Below are positions 12,535-26,531 of a stretch of DNA of 64,000 nt, in pieces. How positions within the stretch are numbered: the first letter of the stretch is position 1; every line of letters starts with the position of its first letter. The translations under genes and the position numbers were made by a program. This DNA is from Tubulanus polymorphus (taxonomy: Eukaryota; Animalia; Nemertea). The notes under the pieces are model-generated. The model ran no database searches. It was given only the letters and a program-made list of their open reading frames with translations, and had not been told where the DNA came from. The stretch lies in the NCBI RefSeq assembly GCF_964204645.1, contig NC_134034.1, positions 6,484,914 through 6,548,913 on the forward strand. Reading direction: 5' to 3'.

Positions 12535-13948
12535 ATGGCAAAAGGTGGAGGAGATTATGAAATGGAAAACATGGGAAATAATAATGATGATTATAATGAT
12601 GATGATTATAATAATGCTGAAACTAATATTGATAATGATGATGAAACATCATATAATTCTAATTTAGCAGATAGTGGTTCTAAAGGCCCATCAACAGATG
12701 AATTTGATAGAAGAACTAAATCGAGAATAAATCCTGAAAATGAAAATCCAGATTTAGTAAAACAAAATTTAGAATATAATGAATATATTCATAATTTTAA
12801 ACCTATATTTGAAAGATCTGGGTATGATATCAATGATAGAGGTGCTAGACTTTTAGTACAAGAATTAAAATCTTTAGATGGTGAATAATACTATCATTTG
12901 AAAGATGATTATTATATTAATATCACTTATAAAAATCAAGATAAAATATTAGCAGAGTCAACTTTGCTTAAGTTAGACCCATCTAGAATTAAAAGAATAG
13001 GAAATAGTAATGAAATAGAAAATGCTACCAGCACAGAAATTATTAAAAATGAAAGAGTATTTAAACGAAGAATTAATGAATTATTTGAAACAATCAATGA
13101 TGATTTAGAACCAGAAAGAACTTCTGAACAGAATATAATTTCCAAAACTAGTAAACTTAAATCAAATAAAGTACCAATTGAAAAACTTTTACCAAATGGA
13201 TTACTTGATGCAACAGATCAAGAATTAGAAGATTTAGATATATTTTCTGATAAAGCAATTAGAGAAATTATTAGTATAAGACTTGCATCTGATAAAATTG
13301 CGCATGATAAAAGTATAAGAGATTTTTAAATTAGAACTTTGGAAAAAGATAGAACTGTTAAAATTAAATAAATAGAACAACTAAATTAAGATAGAGATAA
13401 TAAAGTTATTGAAGAAATCGAATTTAAAAAAAGAAATGCATATTTAGAAAAAGAAAAAGATGATTTAGAATAAAACATAGAATTACAAAAAGAAGAAATT
13501 AAATTATTATTAAAATCATATGATTATAATATTAATAGATTAAAAATTATTTTTAAAGATTTGTTGATAAAACCAAATTCTGAAATATCATTAAAAGATA
13601 GAATAAAATTATTATTTAAGTTAGAAGGAATAACAATTCTTTCAATTCTAACAGCTGTACCTATGTTATTTACAACAATAGGTTTAGCAATATCAAATGC
13701 TTTAAAATCTACACCAAATCCTAATAAACCAGATAAACCCCAAATGATAATAATTCTATACAAGATAAAGTTAAGGATGGTTTAAAAGAAATTAGCAAAA
13801 TATCTATGGGAACTATCTAAAAAATCTGCTGCAGCTTTACAGGGAGTTATTGCATCGATTGGTGGTTTTATATTGAAATCTGCAGGAAACATTATTATTG
13901 TAAGTGCAATTATTTTTGGGTTAGTGAATATGATAAAAAATAAATGAT
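12535..13948 (+). pseudogene. Acidic / coiled-coil / TM Polinton protein (477-aa family), copy A
   Basis: Fragments homologous to 29445..30878 and 40642..42116. Confidence 0.8.
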
Positions 13949-13967
13949 TAATTTTTTTGTTAGATAA

Positions 13968-15125
13968 ATGAGTGGGAGTTACATAAATCCTTCTAAGAAT
14001 CATAGAATATCTAATGCTATTAAAGCAGAAAGATCTCATCATACAATTACTCATAATCCTTCCAATATTAATCCCGATGAAACTTTATATGTTAGAATCC
14101 CTAGATTAACACAAAATACTTTTTATGTTCCAAATAGTATTTATTTATCAGCTGATATAAAAGTAACTGGCAATAATAATAATTATGTTGTTGATAATGT
14201 TGGAAGATATTTGATTAAAAAATTAACTATAAAGATTGGCCCAGAAACAGTTTTCTCATTAGATGATTATAATTTATTTACCCATTACAAAGATTTATGG
14301 TTAACTAAAGAAAATAGAAATAATATGATATTTCAAGGTATCCAATCAGAAAACCAAAATAAATTAAGATCAGAAGCTAATAATGCAGTAGTAACTAATG
14401 CTATAGATAATTTGATAAAAAAATATTTATGGAAGCAAATATAAAATTCCATTAGACTTTGAATTGATAAATAATAATGCACCTTTATATAAATATGCAA
14501 TTCAAGAAGATATTATATTCGAAATAACATTTGCTCCGGTTAATGAAATTGTATTATCTAGCGTTGTTAAAGATATGGGTTATAAATTATCGAATATATG
14601 TTTAGAATATAATACAATAACTGATGAAAATATTGCTAACACAATTCAAACTCAATACAATCAAGGATTTTCATTATTATATGATTATATTGATAAATTT
14701 AAAACTGTAACTATTAATGCTCATAATGAAATAATTAATGAGAATATTAACTTCCCAAGAAGATCTATTAAAGGCATATTAATATTTTTTACCATTGCAA
14801 CATATTCTAATGGCGCAATACAGGTTGATAAGTATTATAATCCTGAAATAACAAAAGTAGAAATAACTATCGAAGGAATAGCAAATAAAATATTTTGTCA
14901 AGGAATGAGAATGATAGATCAATGGCCAGAAATTAGAAAACATTTTATGAATGAAAAAGTAAAATCATCTGAAAATTGTAATATTAATCAAATTGATTAT
15001 TATACCGGTAATAAATACGCATTATGGTTAGATTTCAGAACAACAGAGGATAATTCATTACATGGTTCTGGGAAAAAACTACAGAACACTAAAGATGGAA
15101 AACAATTATTCATGACCAAGAAAAC
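13968..15125 (+). pseudogene. Major capsid protein (double jelly-roll), one frameshift, C-terminus deleted
   Basis: LYVRIPRL, LIKKLTIKIG, YKIPLDF, YKLSNICLEY, NINFPRRSIKGI, YALWLDFR; position between the structural block and integrase. Confidence 0.75.
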
Positions 15126-15951
15126 AACACATAAAAAAATTGTTAGAAAATATGAAACTCGTAAAACTTTCGTAAGTTATGTAGATCAACAGTGGCAAGG
15201 AGATTTAATTGCTATGAAAAATGTTAAGAAAGATAATGATGATTATTGGTGGATATTGAATATGATTGATATTTTTAGTCGTTAAGTATGGAGCTTCCAA
15301 CTTTATAGAATAGATGTTGATCAATTTGATGATGGAAAAGAATTTGATAATTCACTTGTTCATGAACTCTTAGAAAATCATAATATTAGATATTTTTCAA
15401 CAAAATCGGATAAAAAAGCAGCAGTTGTTGAACGATTTAATAGAACATTAAGAACAAGAATGTGGAAATATTTTACAGCAAATAATCCTTTTAAATGGAT
15501 TGATGTTTTACCAAAATTGATAGAAGGTTATAATAATTCTTATCATTCTTCTATTGGAATGAAACCTATTGATGCTAGAAAACCTGAAAATGCTGAAATT
15601 GTTTGGAATAATTTATATGGAGCATTTCTTGTAGATGATTTTGGTGAACCTAAATTTAAAGTTGGTCAAAATGTTAGAATTTCTAAGTATAAAAAGATAT
15701 TTGACAAAGGATACGATCGTAATTTTACTAGAGAAATATATAAAATAAAAAAGGTAATAACAACAAAACCATATGTCTATAAATTAGAAGATTTAAATGG
15801 TGAAGAAGTTGATGGGTACTTTTATGAAAAAGAATTAAGTTTAACTACTGAAAATCTAGAACAAGAATTTAAAATTGAAAAAGTATTAAAAACAAAAACT
15901 ATTAATAGAAAAAAAATATTCTTTAGTAAAATGGGTTGGATGGCCAGATAA
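15126..15951 (+). pseudogene. Retroviral-type (rve) integrase with C-terminal chromodomain, copy A
   Basis: QWQGDL, IDIFSR, QFDDGKEF, VERFNRTLR, YHSSIGMKP, FKIEKVL..KWVGW. Confidence 0.9.
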
Positions 15952-16559
15952 AATAAGGAATTATTTATATTTGAGCCTCATAATATGTTAATTTCTGGCG
16001 TAACAAATTGTGGAAAAACTTATTTTATATTAAATTTATTAGAAACTATTTATAAAAACTATTTTGATAATATAGTATTATTCTGTCCAACATATGAATT
16101 TAATCAAACTTATGATAGAAATATTACTAGAAATAATAAATTTATTATATTTAATCCTAAAACAGTTATTAAAGATATTTAGATAATTGTATAAAAATAG
16201 CAATTGATATTTATAAAGATTCAAATACATTATTCATTATAGATGATTGTGCAAATTTACATGATTCAAAAGTTAGAGAAAGTAAGTTATGTTATTTAGC
16301 TTTCTCTGGTAGACATTTTGGGATAACAACATGGGTTTTAAATCAAAAATATAATTAAATTGTTAAAGATTTTAGAGAAAACATTAAATTTTTAGTATTA
16401 TTCTACAATAAAGATAGAAAATCGATGAAAAATGCGCTTGAGGAAAATGATATCATTCCACATGATTTACAAAATGAATATATGGATAAATTGAAAAATA
16501 ACAAAAAATCAAAATTACTATTTCGATTACAACACCCATTTAAATATGAATTCATTTAA
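15952..16559 (+). pseudogene. Genome-packaging ATPase (A32/FtsK-like), copy A
   Basis: Walker A GVTNCGKT, Walker B FIIDD, GRHFGI..LNQ; frameshift and stop. Confidence 0.88.
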
Positions 16560-16597
16560 ACACAACTAGCTTGTTAATCTAAAATTTATTGTGAATT

Positions 16598-18630
16598 AGA
16601 ACATCTAAAAACGGAATTTGGTCATTTTTTCCCATTCAAAAGTGAATTTCAAAGATGGATATTGGGAGTTGATGAAGTCGATAAAAGAGGTAAGATCAAA
16701 ATTATCAGAAACTAAGCACAGAATGTCATCAACATATCGAATCCAAAAGTTAGGTTTAGAGCCAGCGTACTTAGGGAGAATTTCGGATTCAAAGTTCAAG
16801 GAAAAGATTAGCCAAAATCGGGGATAATGGGTTACCCATAGCGAAACCGAAAATTTGTTCATAGAATTTGTCTTGGAATTGGAAATAGAAATTGGTTGTA
16901 CAGAGTTCCAAAAGTTCAAGTAAACATTCTACAGGAATTGGGAGATCAAGATTGGAGTCCGGGAGTTTTCTTCTTAAGAAATTGAGAGTTGGTTCCAATG
17001 GTATATTAGTGAACAAGGAAACAGCGTCGAAAGATATAAATTTTTGTCCATTAGGTTTGAGATTTTTTAGTTTGTCTGAAAGATCCATATTGTGCCGAAT
17101 GTGAGAATCAGAAAAAGTACCCAAAGCCGGGGAGAGTACTTTAGCCAGATATTTGGAGAGCCGATATGATGGAGAATTAATATTAGAAATGATCGGTCTT
17201 AACGGTGAATTGGGTTTATGAATTTTTGGAAGACCATAAGCATAAGGAAGATTTGGAAGCCGAGAGTTAAATTTGGAGATGAAGTCCGAATGGTCAGGAA
17301 ATTTCTTAGAGATGTTTTTTAAACCTAAATTAAAAGCCGATTGTACCTTTTTCAAAGGGTTGTTTCTGGTGGATTTGTAGAAATTGGAATCAACGAGAAT
17401 AGCAAACATTTTAGAATTGTAATTGATAAAATCTTGAATAACAATTTTGCCGCCTTTATCAGCCTTGGAGATGCGGATGGTTTTGATGGATTTTAGTTCC
17501 TGGAGAGCAATCGAAAATCTCCGAGGAAAGAACTGATTAGATTGACCTTGAAGGGTATTCCAAATGGTGTCCAAATTCATGAATATAAAATTGTATTGAA
17601 AACTAGCCGGAGGAGATCTTTCCATACGTTCAACGAAATCCAAAATGTGTTGTTTTTTTATGTGGGAGAGAGAAATTTAATCCTAAACCGAGAACTTGAA
17701 TTTGTGGTTTGGTTAATTTAGCCGAAGATAGATTGACAACATTATCATTAGCGCAAAATTTGGTCCAAGGGCTGTTGTCTATTAATTTATTCAGAATGGA
17801 AGAGAAATGCGAATTTTTCTTTAGACGATGTACTGCGCAAAGATTCTTGATGCCTGAATGAAGAGAGTGCCAAAGGGAACCATCAGGGATATGGTGTCTG
17901 AGAAAACGTTGTGCTTGTCGCATTTTATAGAAATTGGAGTTGGTAGTTTTTTTTTGCTTCCAAAATGCAATGTCTTAGACGAGATGCTGCTTCATTGCAA
18001 AATGGTTGATCTGATTTGAATTTATTCAACCAATTCAGAGATTTAGGAATAACCTGTTCTTGGGGACATTTTTGAAGAAATATGACTTTTTCTTTGGATT
18101 TGTGAGCTTTATAAGCAGCAGATTCGTATTTTCGAAAAGCAAAGATCAAATGAGGAAAGTTTATGAATAAGCATTTCAAAGCCAAATTAAAATCCGTGGG
18201 TAACATAATAGAACGATGTTCACACTCAAACGTGGTGAACGGATAATAAGATAAAATCCCACTATTTACAGAGAATTTAAAAACCACAATTTATTTATTA
18301 AATCTAAAATATATAAAAGACACGACGTTTCGATCTCACCCTAGAGATCATCGTCAGGTGTGAGAAATAGACTAAAAACCAGGGTATATATACAGAGGAG
18401 GACAGGTTAATTGAGTAAATTGGTGAGTGAGTAAATAATTAGTGTTTGGCAAGGCATGAAGTAATATACTTAGAAAGAAGGGAATTATGCGGGGAAAAGC
18501 CATTATTTAAATTGGTACTAATATCTGAGTGACGAGTAATTAGGGCAGACTCAACTATGTGGCGTTTAGTGTAATTGCTGGAAGTATAAATAATTTCGGC
18601 TTTATCAAAATTAACCAAATTTACCAAAAC
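16598..18630 (-). mobile_element. Penelope-like element family 2: GIY-YIG tail, pLTR, then ORF (ATG at 18206) truncated after the RT
   Basis: IVESALI..LNNGFSP; MLPTDFN; KADKGG, YGLPKIHK, FDAVSLFT, GFAMGNPLSP, RYVDD; several frameshifts. Confidence 0.9.
18320..18361 (-). ncRNA. Minimal type I hammerhead ribozyme in Penelope family 2 pLTR
   Basis: Minus strand ACAC-CTGACGA-T-GATCTC(tagggt)GAGATC-GAAAC-GTC-GTGT, with a GUC cleavage triplet. Confidence 0.85.
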
Positions 18631-18799
18631 ACAAATTCAAGTTTGAAGACAGATTTAGAATAAAGACTGTACAAGTTTATAGAGTTTAGAAATGCAAAAT
18701 ACAATACGAACAGGTTCAGCGCACAAACTCTGAGCACACAGCGAGCGATAATGCGAGAGAGGACTGTAATCCAATCCTAGAGTTACTCATTCATCAAAT

Positions 18800-20112
<1,313 letters not shown>

Positions 20113-20311
20113 AAAAAATACCTTGTAAAGTTTGCGACAAAGTATATATAGGAGAAACAGGTCGGAATCTTAATCAACACATAAAAGAGCATACATTAGA
20201 TGTAAAAAACTTTAAACCTGAAAGCGGAGTTGCTAGTCATGTTTTTCAGACTTCACACAATTTTGATTTTGCTAATGCTGAATTAATTTACCCTTGCAGC
20301 GATAAAACTAG
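20113..20311 (+). mobile_element. Fragment of Penelope family 1 GIY-YIG region
   Basis: Near-identical to about 10140-10337. Confidence 0.9.
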
Positions 20312-20360
20312 AGTAATTAGAAGATGGCGTTTTCAGATCAGAGTACTAGAGTACTAGACA

Positions 20361-20399
20361 CCACTCATCACCACAAGTAATTTTTTTCCCTAATAAATG
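20361..20399 (+). promoter_or_regulatory. Putative promoter CCNCTCATCAC...TTTTTCCCTAATAAATG upstream of polB
   Basis: Same motif on the minus strand upstream of ZnF-VLTF3 (5265-5275, 25730-25740). Confidence 0.5.
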
Positions 20400-23300
20400 G
20401 GAGACAGTGAGTTCCAAACAGAAAAAAGTGATGTCAATAAAAATCAATATTATTGCCCATATTTTAAAAAATACATCGATAAATCTAATAAAACTAAACA
20501 TGAAAAATCTTCAAATCATATAAAAAATGTAATAGATTTTGAAACTCCAGAAAATTCCAATGAAAGAAAAGAACGATTAGAAAATATGAATGTGGATGAA
20601 ATAAAATGTGAAGTTTGTAATGAATTTATAGTAAAAAGGAATTATAAAAGACATCTCGAATCACAAAAACACCATCAAAATTTGAGTAATAATGTTTTAG
20701 GAAAAGATTATTTTGATAATAAACCTCAACAAGTAAAAGAATCAACTTCAAAAACAAAATCCATTTCAAATAAACCTTACATGGAAAATGTTAGAAATTA
20801 TATTGATTCACTAGAAATAAAAGATACAATTGAAATCTTAGAAACATTACATAGTAAAATTGGTCCTGCAGCTATTATATTTAGATTTTTTAAAGGTACA
20901 ACAATAGAAGATTATAGTAAATTTAATGAAATAATAGAAAAAATACTAGATTTGATAACAGATGTTGAATATCCAAAAATTAGTATCTCTGGGAAAGTAA
21001 GTTTTATAAAGTCAGAAGAAAAAATGGATTATAATATTCAAACACTCTCTGAAGAAATAATTTCAAAAACACAAATAAAAGAGAAGTTAGAAAAAATATT
21101 AAATGAATTTAAACGTCATATTGAAGAAAGATATTTTGAGGGTTCTGGTTTAACATTGAATGAAATTATATATTTAGATTTAAATGTTTATAATACAAAA
21201 AGAAATAAAACATCAAAAAGTAATAAAATGTTTAAAAATAATTCAAACTTTATAATAGAAAAAGATATGAAAGCATCAAGTTATATTAAATTACCATTTT
21301 TATCAAAAGCAATTATAAATGTTAAAAATGAAGACAACAAATGTTTTCTGTGGGCAATTATTAGTTGCTTACATCCATCACAGGAAAATGTTTGTAGAAT
21401 AACAGATTATCGGAAATATGAAACATTATATAAAATTGATCAATATCCAGTAACTATAAAAATGATTCCTAAAATAGAAAAAATTAATAATTTAAAAATA
21501 AATGTATTCGAATTAATGCAATTACCAAAGACAAAAGGTGAAAATATTAAAGATTATACATTGGAAGCTTTATATTTAACAGAATATTATGATGATGAAA
21601 ATGCTATAGATTTGTTATATTACAAAAAAGATGAAAATGAACATTATATGTGGTTAAAACAAATTGATTTATTCTTTAGAACAGAAAGTGATTTTAACAG
21701 CCATAAAATTTATCTATGTAGAAAATGTTTATCTAAATTTAGAACTGAGAATACATTATTAAAACATAAAGAATTATGTGATAATAAAGATTTTTGTAAA
21801 TTAATAATGCCAACAGAAAAAGATTATAAATTGAAATTTACTAATCATAAATTTAAAAATATTGTTCCATTTGTAATTTATGGGGATTTTGAATCGTTGA
21901 ATAAAGAATTAACTGATCAAGATAGAAAAGAAATATATAACAAAAAGCAATTATTAAAATCAATGGATAAAGGAAGTGAATTAAATGAAGATATAATTCA
22001 AGACCCACCAATTATAAATACAATTAAAAAAGTTCATCAAAGAGCTGCTGCTTATGGAATTTATATAAAATCAAATTATCCCGAATTATATGAAAGTCAA
22101 TATATTTCTTTTAGAGGTGAAAATGTAGTTAATGATTTTTGTGATAAAATGATTGAATTAGAAAGTGATTTTGCAAAATTATTAAACAAAAATAAAAGAA
22201 TAGTTATGACAAAAGAAGATGAAATTGATTTTAATTATGCAACTCATTGTTGTTATTGTGAAAAACGTTTTTATTCATTTGATAAAAGAGTTAGAGATCA
22301 TGATCATTTAAATTCAAAATATCGTGGAGCTGCTCATGAAGATTGTAATTTACAAGCTAAAAAAGTAAATTTCGTACCAATATTATTTCATAATTTATCA
22401 GGATATGATACCCATCTATTTATAAAACCATTATCGGGAAAATTGGGCGCAATTAATCAAGAAATAGAAGAATATAATGCTATGAATGAAGCAAATGTAA
22501 GAAAATATGATTTTAAACTATTAGCTAAAACATCTGAAAATTATATTTCATTTCAATTTGGTTGCATTAGATTTTTAGATTCTTATAGATTTCTAGCAAG
22601 TTCATTAGATAATTTATCAAAAAGTTTAGTTGATAATGATTTTGTTATAACTCGATATTATTATCCAAATGACCAAGATTTTAAATTATTGAGATATAAA
22701 GGCGCAATTCCTTACTCATTTATAAAACACACGATGATTTTAATGTAACAGAATTATTAAAAGATCAATTTTATGATAAATTAAAAGAGGAGTATGTGAA
22801 AGACGAAGTTTTTGATAGAACATTAAATATTTGGAACCATTTTAAGATGAAAAATCATGGTGAATTAGTTGATTTATATTTAAAATCAGATGTTATGATA
22901 TTAGCTGACATATTTGAAAAATTTAGAGAAGTTAATTTGAATCATTTTAATGTTGATCCTTGTTATTGCTACTCTAGTCCTGGTTTAACCTGGCAATGTG
23001 GTTTAAAATATACAAATGTAGAATTAGATTTATTAAAAGAACCAGATATGGTTTTATTATTTGAAAAATCAATTAGAGGTGGAATTAGTGGTGTTATGGG
23101 AGATAGATATTTTAAAGCAAATGATGAATATAAATTATTATATATTGACGCCAATAATTTATATGGTTGGGCAATGATGCAACCTCAACCATATAAAAAT
23201 TTTATATTAACAGAAGTTGAAAATGGCGATAAAACTAATTGGGAAAGCGCAATTATGAGTTTAGAAGATGAAGCACCAATCGGTTATTTCTTTGTAGTTG

Positions 23301-24397
23301 ATTTAGAATATCCTGAAAATATAAAGTTTAAAACAAGAAACTTACCTTATTGCCCAGAACATTTAACTGTAGATGATAGTTATTTAAGTGAATACCAGAA
23401 GAAAATAAAACCGAAAGATCATGTTTTTACAGAAAAATTAATACTTACTCAAAATAATAAATACAATTATATTGTTCATTATAGAATGTTAAAATTTTAT
23501 CTAAAACAAGGAATGAAATTAAAGAAAGTACATAGATATATTGAATTTAATCAATCGAAGTGGTTAGAAAAATATATAGATTTCAATACTCAACAGAGAA
23601 CAATATCAAAAAATGATTTTGAGAAGGATTTTTTTAAGTTAATGAACAATGCATTTTATGGAAAAACATGCGAAAATATTAGAAATAGAAATGATATTGA
23701 ATTAGTGAATAATTATGAAAGATTAAGGCATTTACAATCAAGTCCTAGACATCTAGGAAATAAAAGATTTGAAGATTAATTAACAGCAGTAAAATTAAAA
23801 AGAACATCTATGAAATTTAATAAACCAATATCTATAGGTTCAACTGTTTTAGAAGTTTCAAAATTATTAATGTATGATTTTTATTATAATGTTTTGCAAC
23901 CACTTTTTGGGGAAAAGCATATTGAAATATTATATTTTGATACTGATGCGTACATATTAAAGATAAAAACTGATAACATAACAAAAGACTTAAAAACATT
24001 GAAACATTATTTTGATTTTAGCAATTACCCCAAAGATCATGAACTATTTAGCAATGATAATAAAAAGATTCCTGGTAAGTTTAAAGATGAATTAGGAGGT
24101 GATGAAATGATTGAATTTGTTGGGATAAGAAGTAAAATGTATAGTTACAGAACAAAAGATCATGAAGCTAAAAAGTTAAAAGGAATAACAAAACATGTGG
24201 TTGATAAACATATAGAATTTCAAGATTATATAAAGTGTTTATATAAATCAATTGTAATGAAACACAAAATGAATTGTTTAAGATCAGAAGATCATGAGAT
24301 GTACATTAATGAAGTTGAAAAAACTAGTTTAAATCCATTTGATGATAAAAGGCATATTTTAGATGATGGTATAAAAACATTACCTTATGGTCATTAA
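20397..24397 (+). pseudogene. polB: Protein-primed PolB type 1, full length and intein-free; one frameshift (~22725) and one stop (23779)
   Basis: N-terminal zinc fingers, DNKCFLW..EHY (vOTU-like), ExoI YGDFES, EndoVII-like RDHDH..AHEDCN, ExoII FHNLSGYD, DANNLYG, KLMNNAFYGK, YFDTD. Confidence 0.95.
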
Positions 24398-25694
24398 AAC
24401 ATAAAATCAATATCATCATACTCGAAATCACTATTAGCTTCTTCATTTTCATTTAATTGTTCAGGTTCTTCTTCCATTCCATTTTTCTCATTTAAATAAA
24501 GTTCTATCTTGTTCCACATTTCATCTCGCTCTCTTTGTTTCTTTTTGTTTGTTAATTCATCAAATGGAATTATAATATCTAGGTTTAAATAATTTACAAT
24601 CTTATTTAAAAAGAATTCATAATTTATTGAATCTGTTATTCTATTTTCCAAATGATACATTAATATTTGTTTAAATATTTTTTTTATATTTTCCATATCT
24701 TCTTCTGTTAATTTAGGTTTTTCATAATAATCGTTAAATAATAAATATAAATACATTTTCTTTTCTTTTGTGTTAAATGTTGGTGGAATAATTGTTTTTA
24801 TAATATCTTTTTTAGTTATTTCACCATTTTTATTTTCTATTATTTTCATTTTTTCAAGCCATTGCATATATTCTGGTGTATGATCTTCTATAGAAAATAT
24901 TTTAAAAATTTCATCAAGATAATTTAATTTTGGATTTATAAGAAAATTTCTAGTTTTTTCTTCATCCCATAAATTCTTTTGCCATCCACAATCAACACAA
25001 AATAACACAGTACCTTCTTGTCTTAAGGTCGCATAACTACATTGTGGACATTTTCGTTTATAATTTATTGGTAATAGATCTTCATTAAGCTCTTGGTATT
25101 TTCTTACGTTTTCTTTATGTTTTATTGTTCTATTATGTAGATTTGAATTACTTGTTGTAATAATCAATTTACAATATTTACAATAATATGTTTTTCTTGT
25201 TAATTCATTATATTGTTTTTCTAACTTTTCAACTGTTTCTTCATTATCTGGTAACGTTTTCTCATATTTTATTTTTTCTAATAAATTATTTTTTCTTTCA
25301 TTGAATTCAGTTTCAAATTTATTAGAAATTTTATCTATGTGTGCTTTACTAAATTGATGATTCTCCCAATCTTCTATATTTTCGGGGTTATATTTTATTT
25401 GACAAGGCTCACAGAAATCATTCTTTACATTATTCTTGTTATAAAATAAAAAAGGTTTTTTCCAAATAACTTCAGGTTCAACTTCAGCAGAATTATTATC
25501 AACATTAGCTGTTGCGCCATTAATTCTACACTTCTCTGAATGTTTTTAACATAATTTCTTGAGAATAATTTATTACATTTTGGGCAGTTTATTTTAGGGG
25601 TTTTATAATTTTCATTATGTTTTTTCATATGTCGAGCCTTATTACTTTTTCTTAGAAGTTCACCACAAATTTCACATGCTATCTTCTCTTCCAT
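24394..25694 (-). pseudogene. Multi-zinc-finger / VLTF3 (poxvirus A2L)-like protein, about 430 aa, single frameshift near 25548
   Basis: Frame read open by hand from about 25480 to 24394; four Cys/His fingers, then CPQC..CVDC, NFLINPKLNYL, IFKQIL..INYEFFLNKI, RDEMW. Confidence 0.78.
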
Positions 25695-25762
25695 TTATTA
25701 AGGAAAAATTTTATTAAAATTAATTTTTAGTGATGAGCGGTAATTTTTTTATGTTATAAATA

Positions 25763-26515
25763 ATGGTAGAATTAAAAGAATACAGAATATTTGTAGATTC
25801 TAGAAAACTTACAAATTATAAATCACATAATTTACTAGTACAATTAGATAGAGAATTTAAGAATTGTGTAGATTTAAAATTAGTTAATATAAGTTTATGT
25901 AACTCATTTTATAATATAACAGCTAAAAGTCTTGAACATTTATTTTTTTCAATCAAGAGTAAGGATAAATGGAATTATCTATTTTTAAAACCAGGATTAT
26001 ATAATTTAGATACATTAGCGCAGGAAATTAATAGAAAAGCTCGGATCAAATTAGGTAGTGATGCTGAATTTAACATTAGATTTTTGAAAAGTGATAATTC
26101 TAATAAAATGAAGATAAGGTTAGCCCATAATGAAAAATATAAATTTTCAGTTAAAAAACCTATAGCTAAACTATTAGGAATTACACCAGATAAATATTAT
26201 TCAAATGTTGATACTACACCAAATATAATACCTTTTACACACTTTTATATTTATTGCAATTTAATCGATCCTACAAAAACATTCGAAGCAACTAAAGATA
26301 TAACTTGTAATTCTGGTTTACTAAACATTTTACCAATGAAGAATGTTAAACAATTTGGAACGCAAATAAATTATAATTTAGCTGAATGTGATTTCAAACC
26401 TTGTATTCCTCAATTTAATAATTTTAAATTAGAAATAAGAAATCATAATGGATACTTAATTGATTTGAATAACTTTCCTGTAATTTATGAATTAGTTATA
26501 AGATGTAAAGAGTAA
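25763..26515 (+). CDS. Minor capsid protein (penton), intact 250 aa
   Basis: IFVDSR, LKLVNISLCNSFYNI, FYIYCNLI, LEIRNHNGYLIDLNNFPVIYEL, typical of Polinton single jelly-roll pentons. Confidence 0.78.
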   Translation: MVELKEYRIFVDSRKLTNYKSHNLLVQLDREFKNCVDLKLVNISLCNSFYNITAKSLEHLFFSIKSKDKWNYLFLKPGLYNLDTLAQEINRKARIKLGSDAEFNIRFLKSDNSNKMKIRLAHNEKYKFSVKKPIAKLLGITPDKYYSNVDTTPNIIPFTHFYIYCNLIDPTKTFEATKDITCNSGLLNILPMKNVKQFGTQINYNLAECDFKPCIPQFNNFKLEIRNHNGYLIDLNNFPVIYELVIRCKE

Positions 26516-26531
26516 TTTTTCACCTATATAA

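Larger units (their letters stand above)
1..16597 (+). mobile_element. Endogenous Polinton/Maverick (adintovirus-like) copy A; left end outside the window, decayed
   Basis: Ordered pPolB, ZnF-VLTF3 (minus strand), penton, membrane-protein block, MCP, rve integrase, A32/FtsK-like ATPase; very AT-rich; many frameshifts and deletions. Confidence 0.92.

Noticed and set aside
14464-15285. Apparent MCP-integrase fusion ORF
   Set aside because: MCP C-terminus and integrase N-terminus are both missing; an in-frame deletion junction near 15125 explains it
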